Source: Dipteris shenzhenensis (taxonomy: Eukaryota). From it: 64,000 nt of DNA. How positions within the stretch are numbered: position 1 is the stretch's first letter; each line of letters starts with the position of its first letter. The notes under the pieces were generated by a model that had not been told where the DNA came from, ran no database searches, and saw only the letters and a list, made by a program, of their open reading frames with translations. Positions 11,711-25,743 of this stretch are shown here, one piece after another. A program made the position numbers and the translations under genes. The stretch is from the NCBI GenBank assembly GCA_047967505.1, contig CM106538.1, one strand, 5' to 3'.

Positions 11711-13031
11711 AAAATTCATTTTTAAAATTTTGAATTTGTTGGTTCCCACCTAGGAGTAAGAGTTGTGTAAGAGGTGTAACAATTGTTGGTTCCCACTTAG
11801 GAGTAAGAGTTGTGTAAGAGGTGTAAGTGGTGGGGTCACTTTTGGGCTTAACCCATCTAGGTGAGGGGGGGTTAGGACTTTTTGGAACCTACCTTGGCCC
11901 TTTCATTAGGACTAATCCATTTCTTAATCCATTCCTTATGAGGCCCTTTCAAGGCCCCGATTATCCCCTAATGTCTCTTCACAAAGTACTTCTAGTTGAG
12001 GATGTTAAAGGACCAGATTGAAAATTTCATGTCTAAGTCCTATACCCATGCTAGCCATCTTGAATCTTAACTTATGTACTTCATTAAGTTCATGTAAACT
12101 ACGATCACTCTTTGTGCTTGTCTCATGCCCATTGAGTCTCTTTTCTTTACAGCCTCATGATTCCTTATAAAAATCTCGCAATGCATATTTCCATGTATTA
12201 GATTGATTCACCAATTGGGTTGCTCAATATAATATGCAAATGTGCAATTACATGCAAGCTGAAAATAAATAGTGCTTTAAATGACAAACAATATCAATCA
12301 AGAATCCATGCATCATATTGCATTGGTAGATGTGCTATCTATAATGCCAAATCTAAAAAGAAAAGAATATATAAGTGATATCATCAAGTCTCGTGACTAT
12401 GCAATGTCTTACATATATAGTGATGCTAATTTGGAATCTGTTGCATTTCCCAAACCATCTCAAAAAATTATCACAAACAAGAGCATGAAACTGTGGGGAG
12501 CATATTGTATGATCAATCACAAGTAAATATATCGTTGTGAAGTATTAGAGAAAACTTTTTATCTATGGCAATTGACTAGCTAGTGTAGTCACTACTTAGG
12601 TTGATACCTATCCACCAATGTCTATGATTGTCTCCCTAAGTTCTCCATTTCTCATTCATTATAATTTCTATCCACCAATGTCCATGGTTTTCTCCCTAAG
12701 TTCTCCATTTCTTGTCTATTTGAATGGTCAATTCACTATTTATAGTGGAGTTATTAGGGATGGTAGAGAGTTTGCACTGATCAATTAAACAATATAGTTA
12801 TGGGGTATGGAATAGAGTTTACAATTCCCACTTAACAAAGGGTAGTCAAGGAGTAATTGCACCTATTTCAAGGAGGGAAACAATACACAACTACAGCTCT
12901 TTCCAACAATAGACAAATAAATTTGCCAATGCTACACAATCCCTTGTTTATTTCCTACTCTAAGCTCTCCTTGCTTGAATTGTGCTTCATGCACACAGTT
13001 GTAGGATTTTGTGGCATACACAATTACTCAC

Positions 13032-16000
13032 TGTTGAGAGTTGTGGTGCCATGAGCACATAATTAGAGGCTAAGGTATGGTATAGGAACGAATTAAAGTA
13101 GCCACCCTAGGATGTGGACTACATGATGTGGAGATGTGGATTGAGGATATCCACAAGGAGAGATGTGGATGAGAGGATCCCACATGGTTTGACTATTCTA
13201 AAGGCTCTCTCTATATAAGAAGCCTATCATGTATTGTTGAGTACACATATTGCAATAGATTGAGAGTTTGTTACCCTATGTCTCTCTTGTGGTTCTTTGA
13301 TCCCCCTTGATCCCTCACTTTGTCATGGTATCAGAGCTCCCCTGTCTTTCGTTGAGACATGGTGATCCTTGCGTGAGAGTGTGAGAGATCTAGAGCAAGA
13401 GAAATTTCTGTCCACTATTCTTTTTGTGTGAGAGAGAGATTCCTTGTGAGTTCTCCTTTTGAGAAAAATAGAGAGAGAGTGAGCGAGAGCTTAGATATTC
13501 ATTCCTGTGAGAGAGAGATAGAGGTAGTCCTTTTCTTCGATCCACAAGAGACAGACTCCAAGTTTCAACGACTCTCTAGCTACAACGGACTACAGCGACT
13601 TCAGCTAAAGCTAATCTAGCCAACAAAATCCACCGATGGCCAGCGCTACCTACATCCCACAACCACAATGAAGGCCACGGCTCTAGCAGCTTCAACAACC
13701 ATCATGCTTCGCGGCATTCTGCATGAACGGTGACAGCCTCCAACAAAAGCACCACAACCTCATAGCTCCTTGACTCTCTCCGTAGCCAGTCGAGATGCCT
13801 AAATGGCCTAATGCCCGGATCTGCAGCAGCCAGCAAAGAGTAGGCCATGGAGATTGTCGAAAGCCTTCCACTCCAGGATCTCCCGGATCGGTAGTGACAT
13901 CACTTAAGAGCTTAGCTGCAGAAAACACGCAACACTCGGTGAGTCTGATGCGAAACAAAGCTCCGCGGCCAGCACCATGCTAGTGGAGAGCATGGTCGAA
14001 ATGGGCGATGACTTCTTCTCTGCCTTTTTGAATTTGGTAGCCAGCTGTGGATTCAGAGTTCCTTCAACTCTTGCAACCTGCAATAGATGCCCGCTCTTGC
14101 TCCCTACTCAACAAATGACACCGAGTCCATAAGCCTCAACGTCCTCTCCATCACCACACCCACGCAAAGTGTCCTCTCCATCGCTGTAGAGAAGCAAAGC
14201 TCTCTCTTTTTCCTTCCCTAAGGTTAGACCTTAGGCCATGTGGCAGTCCCTTGATAGGACACATGGTAGATAAGCCACTCAACCCCATGACCTTAGGTTC
14301 GCCTATGGTTGAGTTCATCTGCTTGGGTTAATGTAACCATGGTACAGTTTTTGTAACCCTAGTTTAAATAAGCTGGGTTAAAGGGTCACCACAGTGACAC
14401 CTCAGCACAGTAACCGCTTGCTAAGAACTGGTTTGTAAGCAGCATGTGACTCCCTATGCCACATCACCAACTGCCCCTCTTCTTCACAAAAACTTCGACA
14501 AGCTATAACTTGCAATCCAAGAAGAATTTGCACACGCTCCAAAAAGAAAAAGTGATTGTCTTTTCGAGCTCTACGCACCTGTCAACTAAGATTTTTTGTA
14601 TGCAATTAGAGACTGCTAGATTTGAAAGTATCTTCAACTGGTAAGACCTTTGCAATGGCAATACACACCCAACTACTGAGAAGTTCACTGGGGAAGGATT
14701 CCACATGTGGTCTACACAAATGAGGTATCTCCTGATGCATCAAAAGCTTTGGAAGACTGTAAAAGAAGAAATACCCACTGCACAAAATGATGCCTGGAAG
14801 GAAAAAGATGAAGCCGCACTATCACTCATTGGTTTGCACTTGGGTCCAAACATAATTCATCATATAGACTCCAAGGATCATGCCAAAGATGCATGGGATG
14901 AGTTGAACATAGTGTTTGGTGCAAAAGCCAAAAACCAAGAAATCCATCTTAAGATTGAATTCTATGGTATGCACATGGGCTTCAATGAATCCATGGCACA
15001 ATTTGTCTCGGGGGGGTCACTCATCATATGTAACCCTATCACGTGAGTTCAACAAAAGGATATTTTTTATTTCTCAAATTTACAGAAATAAATATACATA
15101 AGGGACTATTTAAAATAGTTTTGGAAAAAATTTACAGATTTGTATAGAAAAGGAGTACATTTTATTAATGAAAATTTTACACAGATAAGGGATTTTAGAA
15201 ATATACCTTGAACGCACGTGGCATAGAGGGTTTATACATAGTGACCCCCCCGAGCAATTTGTCAACAAGATCAAAAGCATTATGACCCAACTAGAGGGCA
15301 TAAATGTAAAAGTAGGAGAGAAAGATGCACTTGCAATTCTCCTTAAAAGCATGCCTGCAGAGTACAGTGCACTGACAACCACTTTGAAGAATTTGCCAAA
15401 TCCAAAGTTTGAGGAATGTGTATCCTCTCTTCTTGAAAAAGAAAGAGAGTTTAAGGTATCGACATCGACATCGACATCTACACACAACAGCTATAATGAA
15501 GAACAAGCACTATTCAGTAAAACATCAACGAAGTGCTAGCATTGCGGAAGGATGGGTCACTATCAAAGTGACTATAGACTAAAGAACAAACCAAAGTGTC
15601 ACCATTGCAAGAAGCTGGGACACAAGGAAGAAGATTGTAGATTGAAGAACCAGCAGGTCAACTACATAGCATCGTCATCAAGCCATGATCCAAATGGTGA
15701 CATCAATGGAATGTATTGAGAAACAAAAACCTTGCCAACCTTGGCTATATTTTGTAATCAAACCTGACCACCTGAGAGTAGCTATGAAAGCACCCAGGGG
15801 AGGTATTGACATGTAAAAGCCACACTTGACCACCTTAAGTAGCAATGCAAGCATTAAGGGGAGGTGATGGAATGTAACTCACATCTGTCCACCTTGCAGT
15901 AGCCAAAGGATCATGGCACCAAGGGGAGTTGTGGTGACATGAGCACATAATTAGAGGCTAAGGTATGGTATAGGAAAGAATTAAAGTAGCCACCCTAGGA

Positions 16001-16213
16001 TGTTGGCTACATGATGTGGAGATGTGGATTGAGGATATCCACAAGGAGAGATGTCGATGAGAGGATCCCACATGGTTTGACTATTCTAAAGGCTCTCTCT
16101 ATATAAGAAGCCTATCATGTATTGTTGAGTACACATATTGCAATAGATTAAGAGTTTGCTACCCTATGTCTCTCTTGTGGTTCTTTGATCCCCCTTGATC
16201 CCTCACTTTGTCA
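13032..16213 (+). mobile_element. Non-autonomous gag-only LTR retrotransposon (TR-GAG-like), element B1
   Basis: LTRs 13032-13325 and ~15929-16213; PBS TGGTATCAGAGC; Copia-type gag 14655-15719 with two CCHC knuckles; no pol; flanks CTCAC/ATCAC. Confidence 0.9.
15007..15254 (+). mobile_element. MITE, copy 3 (inserted in B1 gag)
   Basis: Same TIRs; 8-bp TSD CAATTTGT; B2 gag shows the empty site. Confidence 0.95.
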
Positions 16214-16361
16214 ATCACATCTAGTTTTTTTTTCAAGCTTGGTAGAGGATTCATATGTTTTCAAATTTCCGCTAATTTGGACACCTACTTCCAAAGCTAC
16301 ATCCCTGCTTCAAGAATGCAGAGAAGTTACATCATTGCTTACCAAGGCTTGAAGAAAGTTG

Positions 16362-19300
16362 TGTTAAAGCACATGGACCAAGCTCTCCTGTGGACCCTAA
16401 TCTACTCTAATGACAACACTAATCTAAGGTGGATGAATCCTAAGAGTGATCATGATCTATAACTCAAGTCAATTAGGTTCTAAGATAGATTACCTTGGAC
16501 TCATAAAGAGAATCTTGAGATACTGCAAAGTGCTTAATTGATATTACTTCAAATGAACCTCCCTTTTATATGTGAGGGTACTTACATCCATATGCTTGCT
16601 CACATGTGGGATATCTCCTGCATGCCATGTGGCAGCTTGCCCTTTACTCATACCTTTGCTCTACATGTGCTCATGGCACCACAACTCTCAACACCTCCCC
16701 TTGGTGCCATGATCCTCTAGCTACTACAAGGTGGTCAGATGTGAGTTACAATCCATCAACTCCCCTTAGTGCATACATTGCTACTTAAGGTGGTAAAGTG
16801 TGGTTTTTACATGTCAATACCTCCCCTGGGTGCTTTCATAGCTACTCTCAGGTGGTCATGCTTGATTTACAAAATATAGGCAAGGTTGGCAAGGTTTTTG
16901 TTTCTCAATACATACCATTGATGTCACCTTTTGGCTCATGGCTTGATGAGGATGCTGTGTAGTTGACTTGCTGGTTCTTCAATCTGCAATCTTCTTCCTT
17001 GTGTCCTAGCTTCTTGCAATGGTGACACTTTGGTTTGTTCTTCAATCTGCAGTCACTTTGATAGTGACCCATCCTTCCACAATGGTAGCACTTCGTTGAT
17101 GTTTTACTGAATAGTGCTTGTTCTTCATTATAGCTGTTGCATGTTGATGTCGATGTCAAAGAGGATGCACATTCTTCAAACTTTGGATCTGGCAAATTCT
17201 TCAAAGTGGTTGTCAATGCACTATACTCTGTAGGCATGCTTTTAAGGAGAATTGCAAGTGCATCTTTCTCTCCTACTTTTGCATTTATGCCCTCTAGTTG
17301 GGTCATAATGCTTTTGATTTTGTTGACAAATTGTGCCATGGATTCATTGATGCCCATGTGCATACCATAGAATTCAATCTTAAGATGGATTTCTTGGTTT
17401 TTGGCTTTTGCACCAAACACTGTGTTCAACTCATCCCATGCATCCTTGGCATGATCCTTGGAGTCTATATGATGAATTATGTTTGGACCCAAGTGAAAAC
17501 CAATGAGTGATAGTGCTGCTTCATCTTTTTCCTTCCAAGCATCATTTTGTGCAGTGGGTATGTCTTCTTTTACAGTCTTCCAAAGCTTTTGGTGCATCAG
17601 GAGATACCTTATTTGTGTAGACCATGTGTGAAATCCTTCCCCAGTGAACTTCTCAACAGTTGGAGTGCGTATTGCCATTGCAAAGTCTTACTGTTGAAGA
17701 TACTTTCAAATATGGTAGTGTCTAATTGCATACAGAAAATATAAGTTGACAAGTGCGTAGATCTTAAAAAGACGATCACTTTTCCTTTTTGGAGCGCGTG
17801 CAAATTCTTCCTGGATTGGAAGTTACGGCTTGTCGAAGTTTTTACGAAGAAGGAAGAGGCATGATGATGTGGCACAGGGATTCACATGCAGAATTCAAAC
17901 TGTGCTTACAAAGGGACTGTGCTTGTGTGGCACTATGCCATGTGGCAATCTTCTAACCAAACTGAGTTAACTCAAGGGTAGATAAACTGAACTATGTTCC
18001 AAGAATTGAACTTAACCATATGACCTTAGCCACCCCTAACCATGGCTTAAGATGGGTTAACATAGCTAGTCCTATCTGCCATGTGTCACTCAATGGTGAC
18101 CTTAGGAAGAGAACTTTGAGAAGCTTTGATCTAAAGTGTTGTGAGCTTTATGCAGAGCCGCGCCGTTCGGTTGCTATGGGCTGAGTCGTTTAGGCTTCAG
18201 AAGCAGAGATGGGTGAGGTGTTGCTGGCCGGTAGCTACAGCTCATGCTTGAAGGAGGTGTTGCTTGTGGAAGACTATCATTGCAGGAGCTACAAAGGAGC
18301 TTGGTGAGGCAGCTATGTTACGTGAATCACTGTTGCAAAGCTGCTAGCCACTCGCATTGTTGTCAGTATCCGTGGCTGTGTAGGAGAGCGCAGTAGAGAA
18401 GCTTGTGTCTAGGAGAGCAGGAGCCTTAGATGGAGCTTTGTTTAGAGTGATCTGGTTGCTATAGGGTCGCTACTCTGTGGAGTAGCTGGTCATTGAAGAA
18501 GGAGCATTGGCTCGTCAGTGAGGCCTTTGGAGAAGCATCTCATTTGGAGAGGCAAGGTGGGCTGTGTAGGTTGTTGGTTGCCAGACGGTTGCCTCTGCCA
18601 ATGGTCTCGTTGCATGTAGTGTGAGGGAGTCGAGTTGAAGCTAGGATGATTGCGCTATTGGAGTTGACATAATTTTAGGAGCCACCATACTTTAGTCGAT
18701 ATGCTTTGAGCTCGTTGATGGAAGTCTTTTGAGAAGCCAAGAGCTATTGCAGAGCTAACTAAAGTCATTGTGCTATGTGCTTGCTGGGAGTGTCAATGTT
18801 CCTATCAGATCTCTTTCAACAGAGAGATTATTTCTCCCTATGAATATGAACCTTTGAAGCTCTCTCTCACAATTAAATTTCTCTCAATCTCATGGAGGAA
18901 ATGACATCTCTATTCCTCACGAAGCAACTCTCACAAACTAAATCTCTCTCTCAACAAAATGAATGGATGGAAAATCCTATCACATGAACGAAAATTTCTC
19001 TATCAAAATATGGATGAAGATCTCTCACCGGAAGTGGACTCTAATGGAGAACACTCAAGAGAACTCTCAATCTCACAATCTCTCTCATGCTGTCAAGGAT
19101 CGCAATGCCTCAGTGGAAGGCAACAAGGGTGCTCTAATACCATGTTAAAGCGCATGGACCAAGCTCTCCTATGGACCCTAATCTACTCTAATGACAACAC
19201 TAATCTAAGGTGGATGAATCCTAAGAGTGATCATGATCTATAACTCAAGTCAATTAGGTTCCAAGATAGATTAGCTTGGACTCATAAAGAGAATCTTGAG

Positions 19301-19474
19301 ATAGTGCAAAGTGCTTGATTGATATTACTTCAAATGAACCTCCCTTTTATAGGTGAGGGTACTTACATCCATATGCTTGCTCACATGTGGGATATCTCCT
19401 CCAAGCCATGTGGCAGCTTGCCCTTTACTCATACCTTTGCTCTACATGTGCTCATGGCACCACAACTCTCAACA
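16362..19474 (-). mobile_element. Non-autonomous gag-only LTR retrotransposon (TR-GAG-like), element B2
   Basis: LTRs 16362-16693 and 19143-19474; exact TSD AGTTG; PBS and PPT in place. Confidence 0.93.
16905..17678 (-). CDS. gag: Copia-type Gag (257 aa, open frame)
   Basis: EKFTGEGFHTW..., AWDEL, two zinc knuckles CYHCGRMGHYQSDC and CHHCKKLGHKEEDC. Confidence 0.9.
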   Translation of the reverse strand: MAIRTPTVEKFTGEGFHTWSTQIRYLLMHQKLWKTVKEDIPTAQNDAWKEKDEAALSLIGFHLGPNIIHHIDSKDHAKDAWDELNTVFGAKAKNQEIHLKIEFYGMHMGINESMAQFVNKIKSIMTQLEGINAKVGEKDALAILLKSMPTEYSALTTTLKNLPDPKFEECASSLTSTSTCNSYNEEQALFSKTSTKCYHCGRMGHYQSDCRLKNKPKCHHCKKLGHKEEDCRLKNQQVNYTASSSSHEPKGDINGMY

Positions 19475-19751
19475 AGTTGCAAGGCAGAGTCCTTTTTGTG
19501 GGTGTTGACTTCAAGCCATGATTTCACCATACTCATGAGGCCTTACATATTGATTGTATACCTTTCTCAAAAGTTCCACATGTTGCGGGGGTATGAGATC
19601 AATAGAGATGTAGGAGATCATTAGATGGAAATGTAGCCGAATAGTCTTCTCACATTGCTTTGTTAGCTTAGTAAATTAAGAGAATGGGGGGTCTGACATA
19701 CCAGGCTAGCTACCTGTTGAGTGTAGTCTAAAACAATCTAAGATTGTGATG

Positions 19752-19793
<42 letters not shown>

Positions 19794-22027
19794 ATTCCAA
19801 TGATGGACAAGGAATGAGAAAGAGTGCACCTCTATGTCTATCTATGTGTGTGTGTGTGCGTGCACTCGTGTGCATGTGCACGTGTGCATGCATGCGTGCA
19901 TGTGTGTGTGTGTGCAAGTGCCTGTGTGTGTGTGCAAGTGTGTGTGTGTGTGTGTGTGTATGTATGTGTTATTAGCCGGAAAACAAATCAGGACCAGAGG
20001 CTAGAGGCTAAGCATGGCGACGCTCGAGGGCCATAGAGGAAAGGAGAACGTGAGGGCGAAACCTTATCATGGGAGGGGAAAAGGAATTAGAAGGGGAGGG
20101 AATGAAGAGGGAGATTATGACACAAGGGGAAAGGGAGAGGGGGAAGAGGAGCATGTACATGATGGGAGGAGGAATGTAAAGATGGAGACATCAAGGGAAG
20201 AGGACCATGCTTTATTTTGAAAGGAAGGGAAGGGAGAAATCAAAGTACTAGCTATTTTGAAAGGAAGGGAAGGGAGAAATCAAAGTACTAGCTAGGTGGC
20301 TTTACAAGGGGACGAGCATTATCTGAGCGAAATCTTCCGAGCGTCCGAGTGAAGGAAAAAAAAAGCTTCCAACTATGCATAAATATGGCAAAAATCGATC
20401 AAAAGAAAACATAGTTTCACTTAGAAATATGCAAAGTATTATAGCAATTCCTATTTTATACAAAAATCTTTAGGTGAATCTTTAGGAGTGGTGAGAGCAT
20501 AATGGGATGCCTTTTGAAGAAACCACATATAGAGTAGACTTCTCTATGAAAATTCCCTTATGATCCTTCTTACAACTTTTACTTAATAGGGGGTGACATT
20601 GAAAACCCTCTCTCAACCTATCTTCATGAAAGGGTTTCTTCAAAGAAAACTCATTGAAGCAAGCCATCCAGGTAGTTTTGCCAGCGAAACCCCTTTGAAG
20701 CAGGTCTCCCAAGGTAGTTTCGCTGGTGAAACTACCTTGGACAGCACTTTTAAAAGTGACATAACTTTCATATCCAATGTCCTAATATAGTCATTCAACC
20801 ACTCAAATTGATTGGAACACCCCCTTTGAGCACATCTATGGAGTTATATTTTGGAAAATCTTGCATATATAGTATTAAATATTACATGTATTTTATGAGA
20901 GTGATATATAAGTCCAAGTTAATACTTATTTATAGTAATTTAAACTTCTTTAGAAACATGTCCATAAATATCTTGTTATTTATGCTATAAAAACACTAAA
21001 AAGATATTGCCATATGATCTAAATGTGTTAATAAGTAATTATCTATGCATAGTATTATTACATTGAGAGTGATTATGAGGGATGTTTCTTAAAGGAATCA
21101 ACACTTTTTTAAGGTAATAACAGGGGTACAAAGGGATGTCTCTAAATAAGAAATTTATGTTGTGTAAAAATGAATGAGTGACTAGTCTGTATATTTTTAT
21201 GATAAAGAGATCTAGTTCTAGTGAAAGTAAAAGTGTAAAAACCATATTTCCTAAAGAAATACATTTTTTTTAATCTCTTGAAAAACACGCTCGGATAAAC
21301 CTGCTCATAGGTTTTTGCTCGTAAAATTGACGCATTCGCTTTACAAGAATGAGCATGCCTCATCAAGGAATAGCCCCCTCCTTTTATAGCCAAGAGAGAG
21401 GGTCTCTCCCAATAAATGCATGCTCCCACATGCATGGTGTGTGTGGAAGAGTCTCCCATGTGGGCTAGGCAATTATGCACTCTCAATTGTGTGCGATAAC
21501 GCTTGGCCACATTTCTCCACAGATATCAACTCCCATATCCCAAGTCTATGATACTCCCTTGGTCTCTTCCCAATTTTATAATACGTTCAAATGTCTAGGA
21601 GGACAAGTGGAGGGTTGGCACAAGGAATCTTGCCACCTCATCCTACTTTCCCCATTATTTAACTTGCATCCTTGGACTATCTATACCTCCCCCACATGGT
21701 CCTATCCTATATGGAGGGAATAACCCAATATAATATCCATCTCCACCTATTTTATATTACTTCTCCCATGGACTTTGAGCCATATCTCACTAAATGCAGC
21801 CTAGGTGGAAGGGTGACACATGGTCATGCCCTGCCACCTCAACCCTGGGCCCTATGCATGTGAAGATAGTGGGAGAGAAGGAAGGAGTCTCACTTGCGGC
21901 TTTCTCACATACACAATGGGGGAATACACACAAAGGTGGAGGCTAAAAACAGTTTTCCTCTTCTTAGTTGTGACAGCCAAAAGAACTCTAGTACAAAGAA
22001 ATAGAAGAACCCTATATGTGGGTCTCA
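18592..22027 (+). repeat. First copy of a ~3.4-kb direct duplication
   Basis: Near-identical to 24545-27987; includes B2 5' end, (GA)n/(TG)n microsatellites and a partial Copia-1 LTR (21860-22027). Confidence 0.95.
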
Positions 22028-24547
22028 TGCATGCGGGAGAGAAGTTGGACTCCTTGCGAATGAAGAATGTGTATTGGTATAATGCAACATACATCACTCC
22101 AATGACATCATCAAGCTATGGCCGTCTGTGAACCATTGCACCACCACAACTTCAAGACATGGATTGCAGTAATGTGGACTTGGGGACATTGCAATTGTAC
22201 AAGGACAAGATTGCAAAGGATGTGGACATGGCCATGAAGTTTACATTTGGATCCAAATGGGCAAGCTTATCTTCGTTTATGCCTCTGCACATTTTTGCTT
22301 CTTTGTTTCAGAATATACATATGCATAGAATAAAAACTATGTGGTCCTACAAGCGTGTAGATGAAAATGCTCCTGAAGATTTACTTGGGATGAATTGGGG
22401 AACCAGATCAGGTGACCAAAAGGGTGATGTGTTTCAATGTCATGCATGTAAAGACAATGTGGTTATTAGATACCATTTGTCATGCCAAATGTTGTATTTA
22501 GCTTTTCAATATAGGTGGTGGAAGAAAACAAATGGCCGGTGGCTTCCCCTAGACTCTAATGATGAAGACAATACGGGGGTACGTTTATCTATTGATGTTG
22601 AAGAGGGAGATGTCGAGAATGTGAATGTCACATTGCAATGGACTCTAAGGGATGTGCGAGAGAACACCTATTGGCCATGGAGGACGGCATGTCAGAGTCC
22701 TTCTGCTTTATCTTAAATGGTGGTAAGATCAACCGCCGTGTGGAGAAATGCATGCATAGTGCCAATTTCATTCCTCCAACTTTGAAGATTGCTGGCAATG
22801 TGTTCGACTAGTGCAACATTTAATTTTTTGTCTATCAAATCCTAGTTATTGCTTCAAAAGATGATGGACAATTAAATTAAAAGTTATTTCTTTTAATGTT
22901 TTCTCTTTTCAGTTCATGGTAAATGTTTTTCAAAAAATTTGGGGATTTTATGATTAATTTTAATTTGTAGGGTTTTGATATATATTAAGCCCTGGGTTAG
23001 AGCCCTTTTTACATCACATTCTCACTTTCACGTTTAGAGAGCCATAGAAACTCCCACCCTCAAAAGTTACTCCCTCCGTCAGCTGCTATTTGCCATGGAG
23101 TCAGCTAGAACTACGTTCCATGACTTCAATTCATGAACTGCATTTGTAGATCCTGAGGAAGAGCTATTTTTAGTGTTTGATAGGACTTTAGACATCCTAG
23201 GCACATATATGCGAGCCAAGGATTACTTCTTAGATCTCATCCTCTACATGTAAGATAATTTCTCATATTTTGGTTATACACTTGACCACTCTTCAAAGAG
23301 ATGGGTTCCCATTGATTACATAAAGTATCTGTTCCTAGAGGAACCCAAGTTTGTAAAGCGCTTGGCCCGCTTTTGTGACAGCCTTACAGAGGAAGGGTTT
23401 AGGACGGTCGAAGTTAAAGACATCCTAGGCATGGGGATCACAGGAAATACAAGCAAAAAATTCCTTTCATGGGAGATGACATTCATCTTCCTCCTCCAAG
23501 AAGGAAATTTAGAGGAAGAAGTCTCATCATCTAGCACCCCCTCTAGTAGAACTATTGATCTACTCATCCCTAGACTAGACTTGGACCAATACATGGAAGA
23601 GAGTCTTGATGATGCAATAGAGGAGATGGAAGTAGCTCAAGCATTGAGCCTACTTCAAGAGCCCCTAGTAGAGCAAGAATTTGCATCGGAGACCACTGAT
23701 CGAGAATCAAAATTATGCTCCTTGTCCCCCCTCATAATCGATGGAGAAGGGTACGTATTCCTCCATGACATAGAGGTTCTTTTTGGACTACGAGAGGATG
23801 AGACACTCGGAGTCCTATCTAGGTTCGATGTTGACACAAGTGTCAAAGATCTCGGGGTTTTAGGTTCCGAAGACCAGACAATGGAAGAGTTTCTCTTGAT
23901 GATGCTGGTTTCAATGAGGGATGCAGACATGTCAATATATGATGCACATCCCTCTGATGCAGAAGCTTCCACCTCCAACATAGGTCAAGAGAAAGTGTCC
24001 ACCTCCCAAATGGAACATCAGCACCTAGTTCCATCAACATTGCAAATGAGGAAGGGATAGAAGCCGACGACGCTGTAGTGCTAAGTTCGAATAATATTTT
24101 TTATTTTGATGTTCTTTTGGTATAATTTGTTTTGTCGGTCTTCTAATGTTTATTGAATTGTTGCAAGACACATTTAAGCTTGATGAATTCTCATCTCGAT
24201 GGGGTAATGTTCATAGCGCATTTGGGCGAGATCATTCTTTGGCCCATTACCTTGGCAATGTCGCAAAGCACATCGTGGTCTTTCACAACAAATTTTCTCC
24301 TCGAGGTCCTTTGGAGATACTGAAGTGCAAGGCATTGTCGCGCACTATCAGATACTCCAACATTACTTGGAATGCCGACAAAGTCATTTTGGTACGCTGC
24401 ATGGCTGCTATCAATGCCTTTGGATCGAACATTCATGGCAGGGCATTGACGGCAACAGCTATGTCTTCGGCAGTAGGAGAAGAGGATGTTAGTGCTATTG
24501 TGGCTAGGTTTATATCTAGGAATCCACTAGGGGATTCAAAGACCCCT
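22028..24547 (+). pseudogene. Fragment of the X/Y unit (genes X1 and X2) lying between the two duplicated blocks
   Basis: Homologous to 4604-6795; ORFs 22159-22716, 23362-24060 and 24146-24547. Confidence 0.85.
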
Positions 24548-25701
24548 CTGCCAATGGTCTCGTTGCATGTAGTGTGAGGATGTCGGGTTGAAGCTAGGAT
24601 GACTGCGCTATTGGAGTTGACATAATTTTAGGAGCCACCATACTTTAGTCGATATGCTTTGAGCTCGTTGATGGAAGTCTTTTGAGAAGCCAAGAGCTAT
24701 TGCAGAGCTGACTAAAGTTATTGTGCTATGTGCTTGCTGGGAGTGTCAATGTTCCTATCAGATCTCTTTCAATAGAGAGATTATTTCTCCCTATGAATAT
24801 GAACCTTTGAAGCTCTCTCTCACAATTAAATTTCTCTCAATCTCATGGAGGAAATGACACCTCTATTCCTCACGAATCAACTCTCACAAACTAAATCTCT
24901 CTCTCAACAAAATGAATGGATGGAAAATCCTATCACATGAACGAAAATTTCTCTATCAAAATATGGATGAAGATCTCTCACCGGAAGTGGACTCTAATGG
25001 AGAACACTCAAGAGAACTCTCAATCTCACAATCTCTCTCATGCTCTCAAGGATCGCAATGCCTCAGTGGAAGGCAAGGGTGCTCTAATACCATGTTAAAG
25101 CGCATGGACCAAGCTCTCCTATGGACCCTAATCTACTCTAATGACAACACTAATCTAAGGTGGATGAATCCTAAGAGTGATCATGATTTATAACTCAAGT
25201 CAATTAGGTTCCAAGATAGATTAGCTCGGACTCATAAAGAGAATCTTGAGATAGTGCAAAGTGCTTGATTGATATTACTTCAAATGAACCTCCCTTTTAT
25301 AGGTGAGGGTACTTACATCCATATGCTTGCTCACATGTGGGATATCTCCTCCATGCCATGTGGTAACTTGCCCTTTACTCATACCTTTGCTCTACATGTG
25401 CTCATGGCACCACAACTCTCAACAAGTTGCAAGTCAGAGTCCTTTTTGTGGGTGTTGACTTCAAGCCATGCTTTCACCATACTCATGAGGCCTTACATAT
25501 TGATTGTATACCTTTCTCAAAAGTTCCACATGTTGCGGGGGTATGAGATCAATAGAGATGTAGGAGATCATTAGATGGAAATGTAGCCGAATAGTCTTCT
25601 CACATTGCTTTCTTAGCTTAGTAAATTAAGAGAATGGGGGGTCTGACATACCAGCCTAGCTACCTGTTGAGTGTAGTCTAAAACAATCTAAGATTGTGAT
25701 G

Positions 25702-25743
<42 letters not shown>

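Noticed and set aside
11131-11753. Proline-rich or glycine-rich ORFs (also 28932-29555, 47295-47606, 8842-9093)
   Set aside because: Open in several frames on both strands because of low complexity
14705-15101. Conserved peptides [11 protein letters not shown] and [13 protein letters not shown] ending several ORFs
   Set aside because: Read-through into MITE insertions, not a protein motif
19681-19705. PPT plus LTR start (GAATGGGGGGTC TGACA)
   Set aside because: No partner LTR, PBS or TSD found to support it
19790-20036. Cys/Val-rich ORFs (also 25740-25962)
   Set aside because: Translations of (TG)n microsatellites
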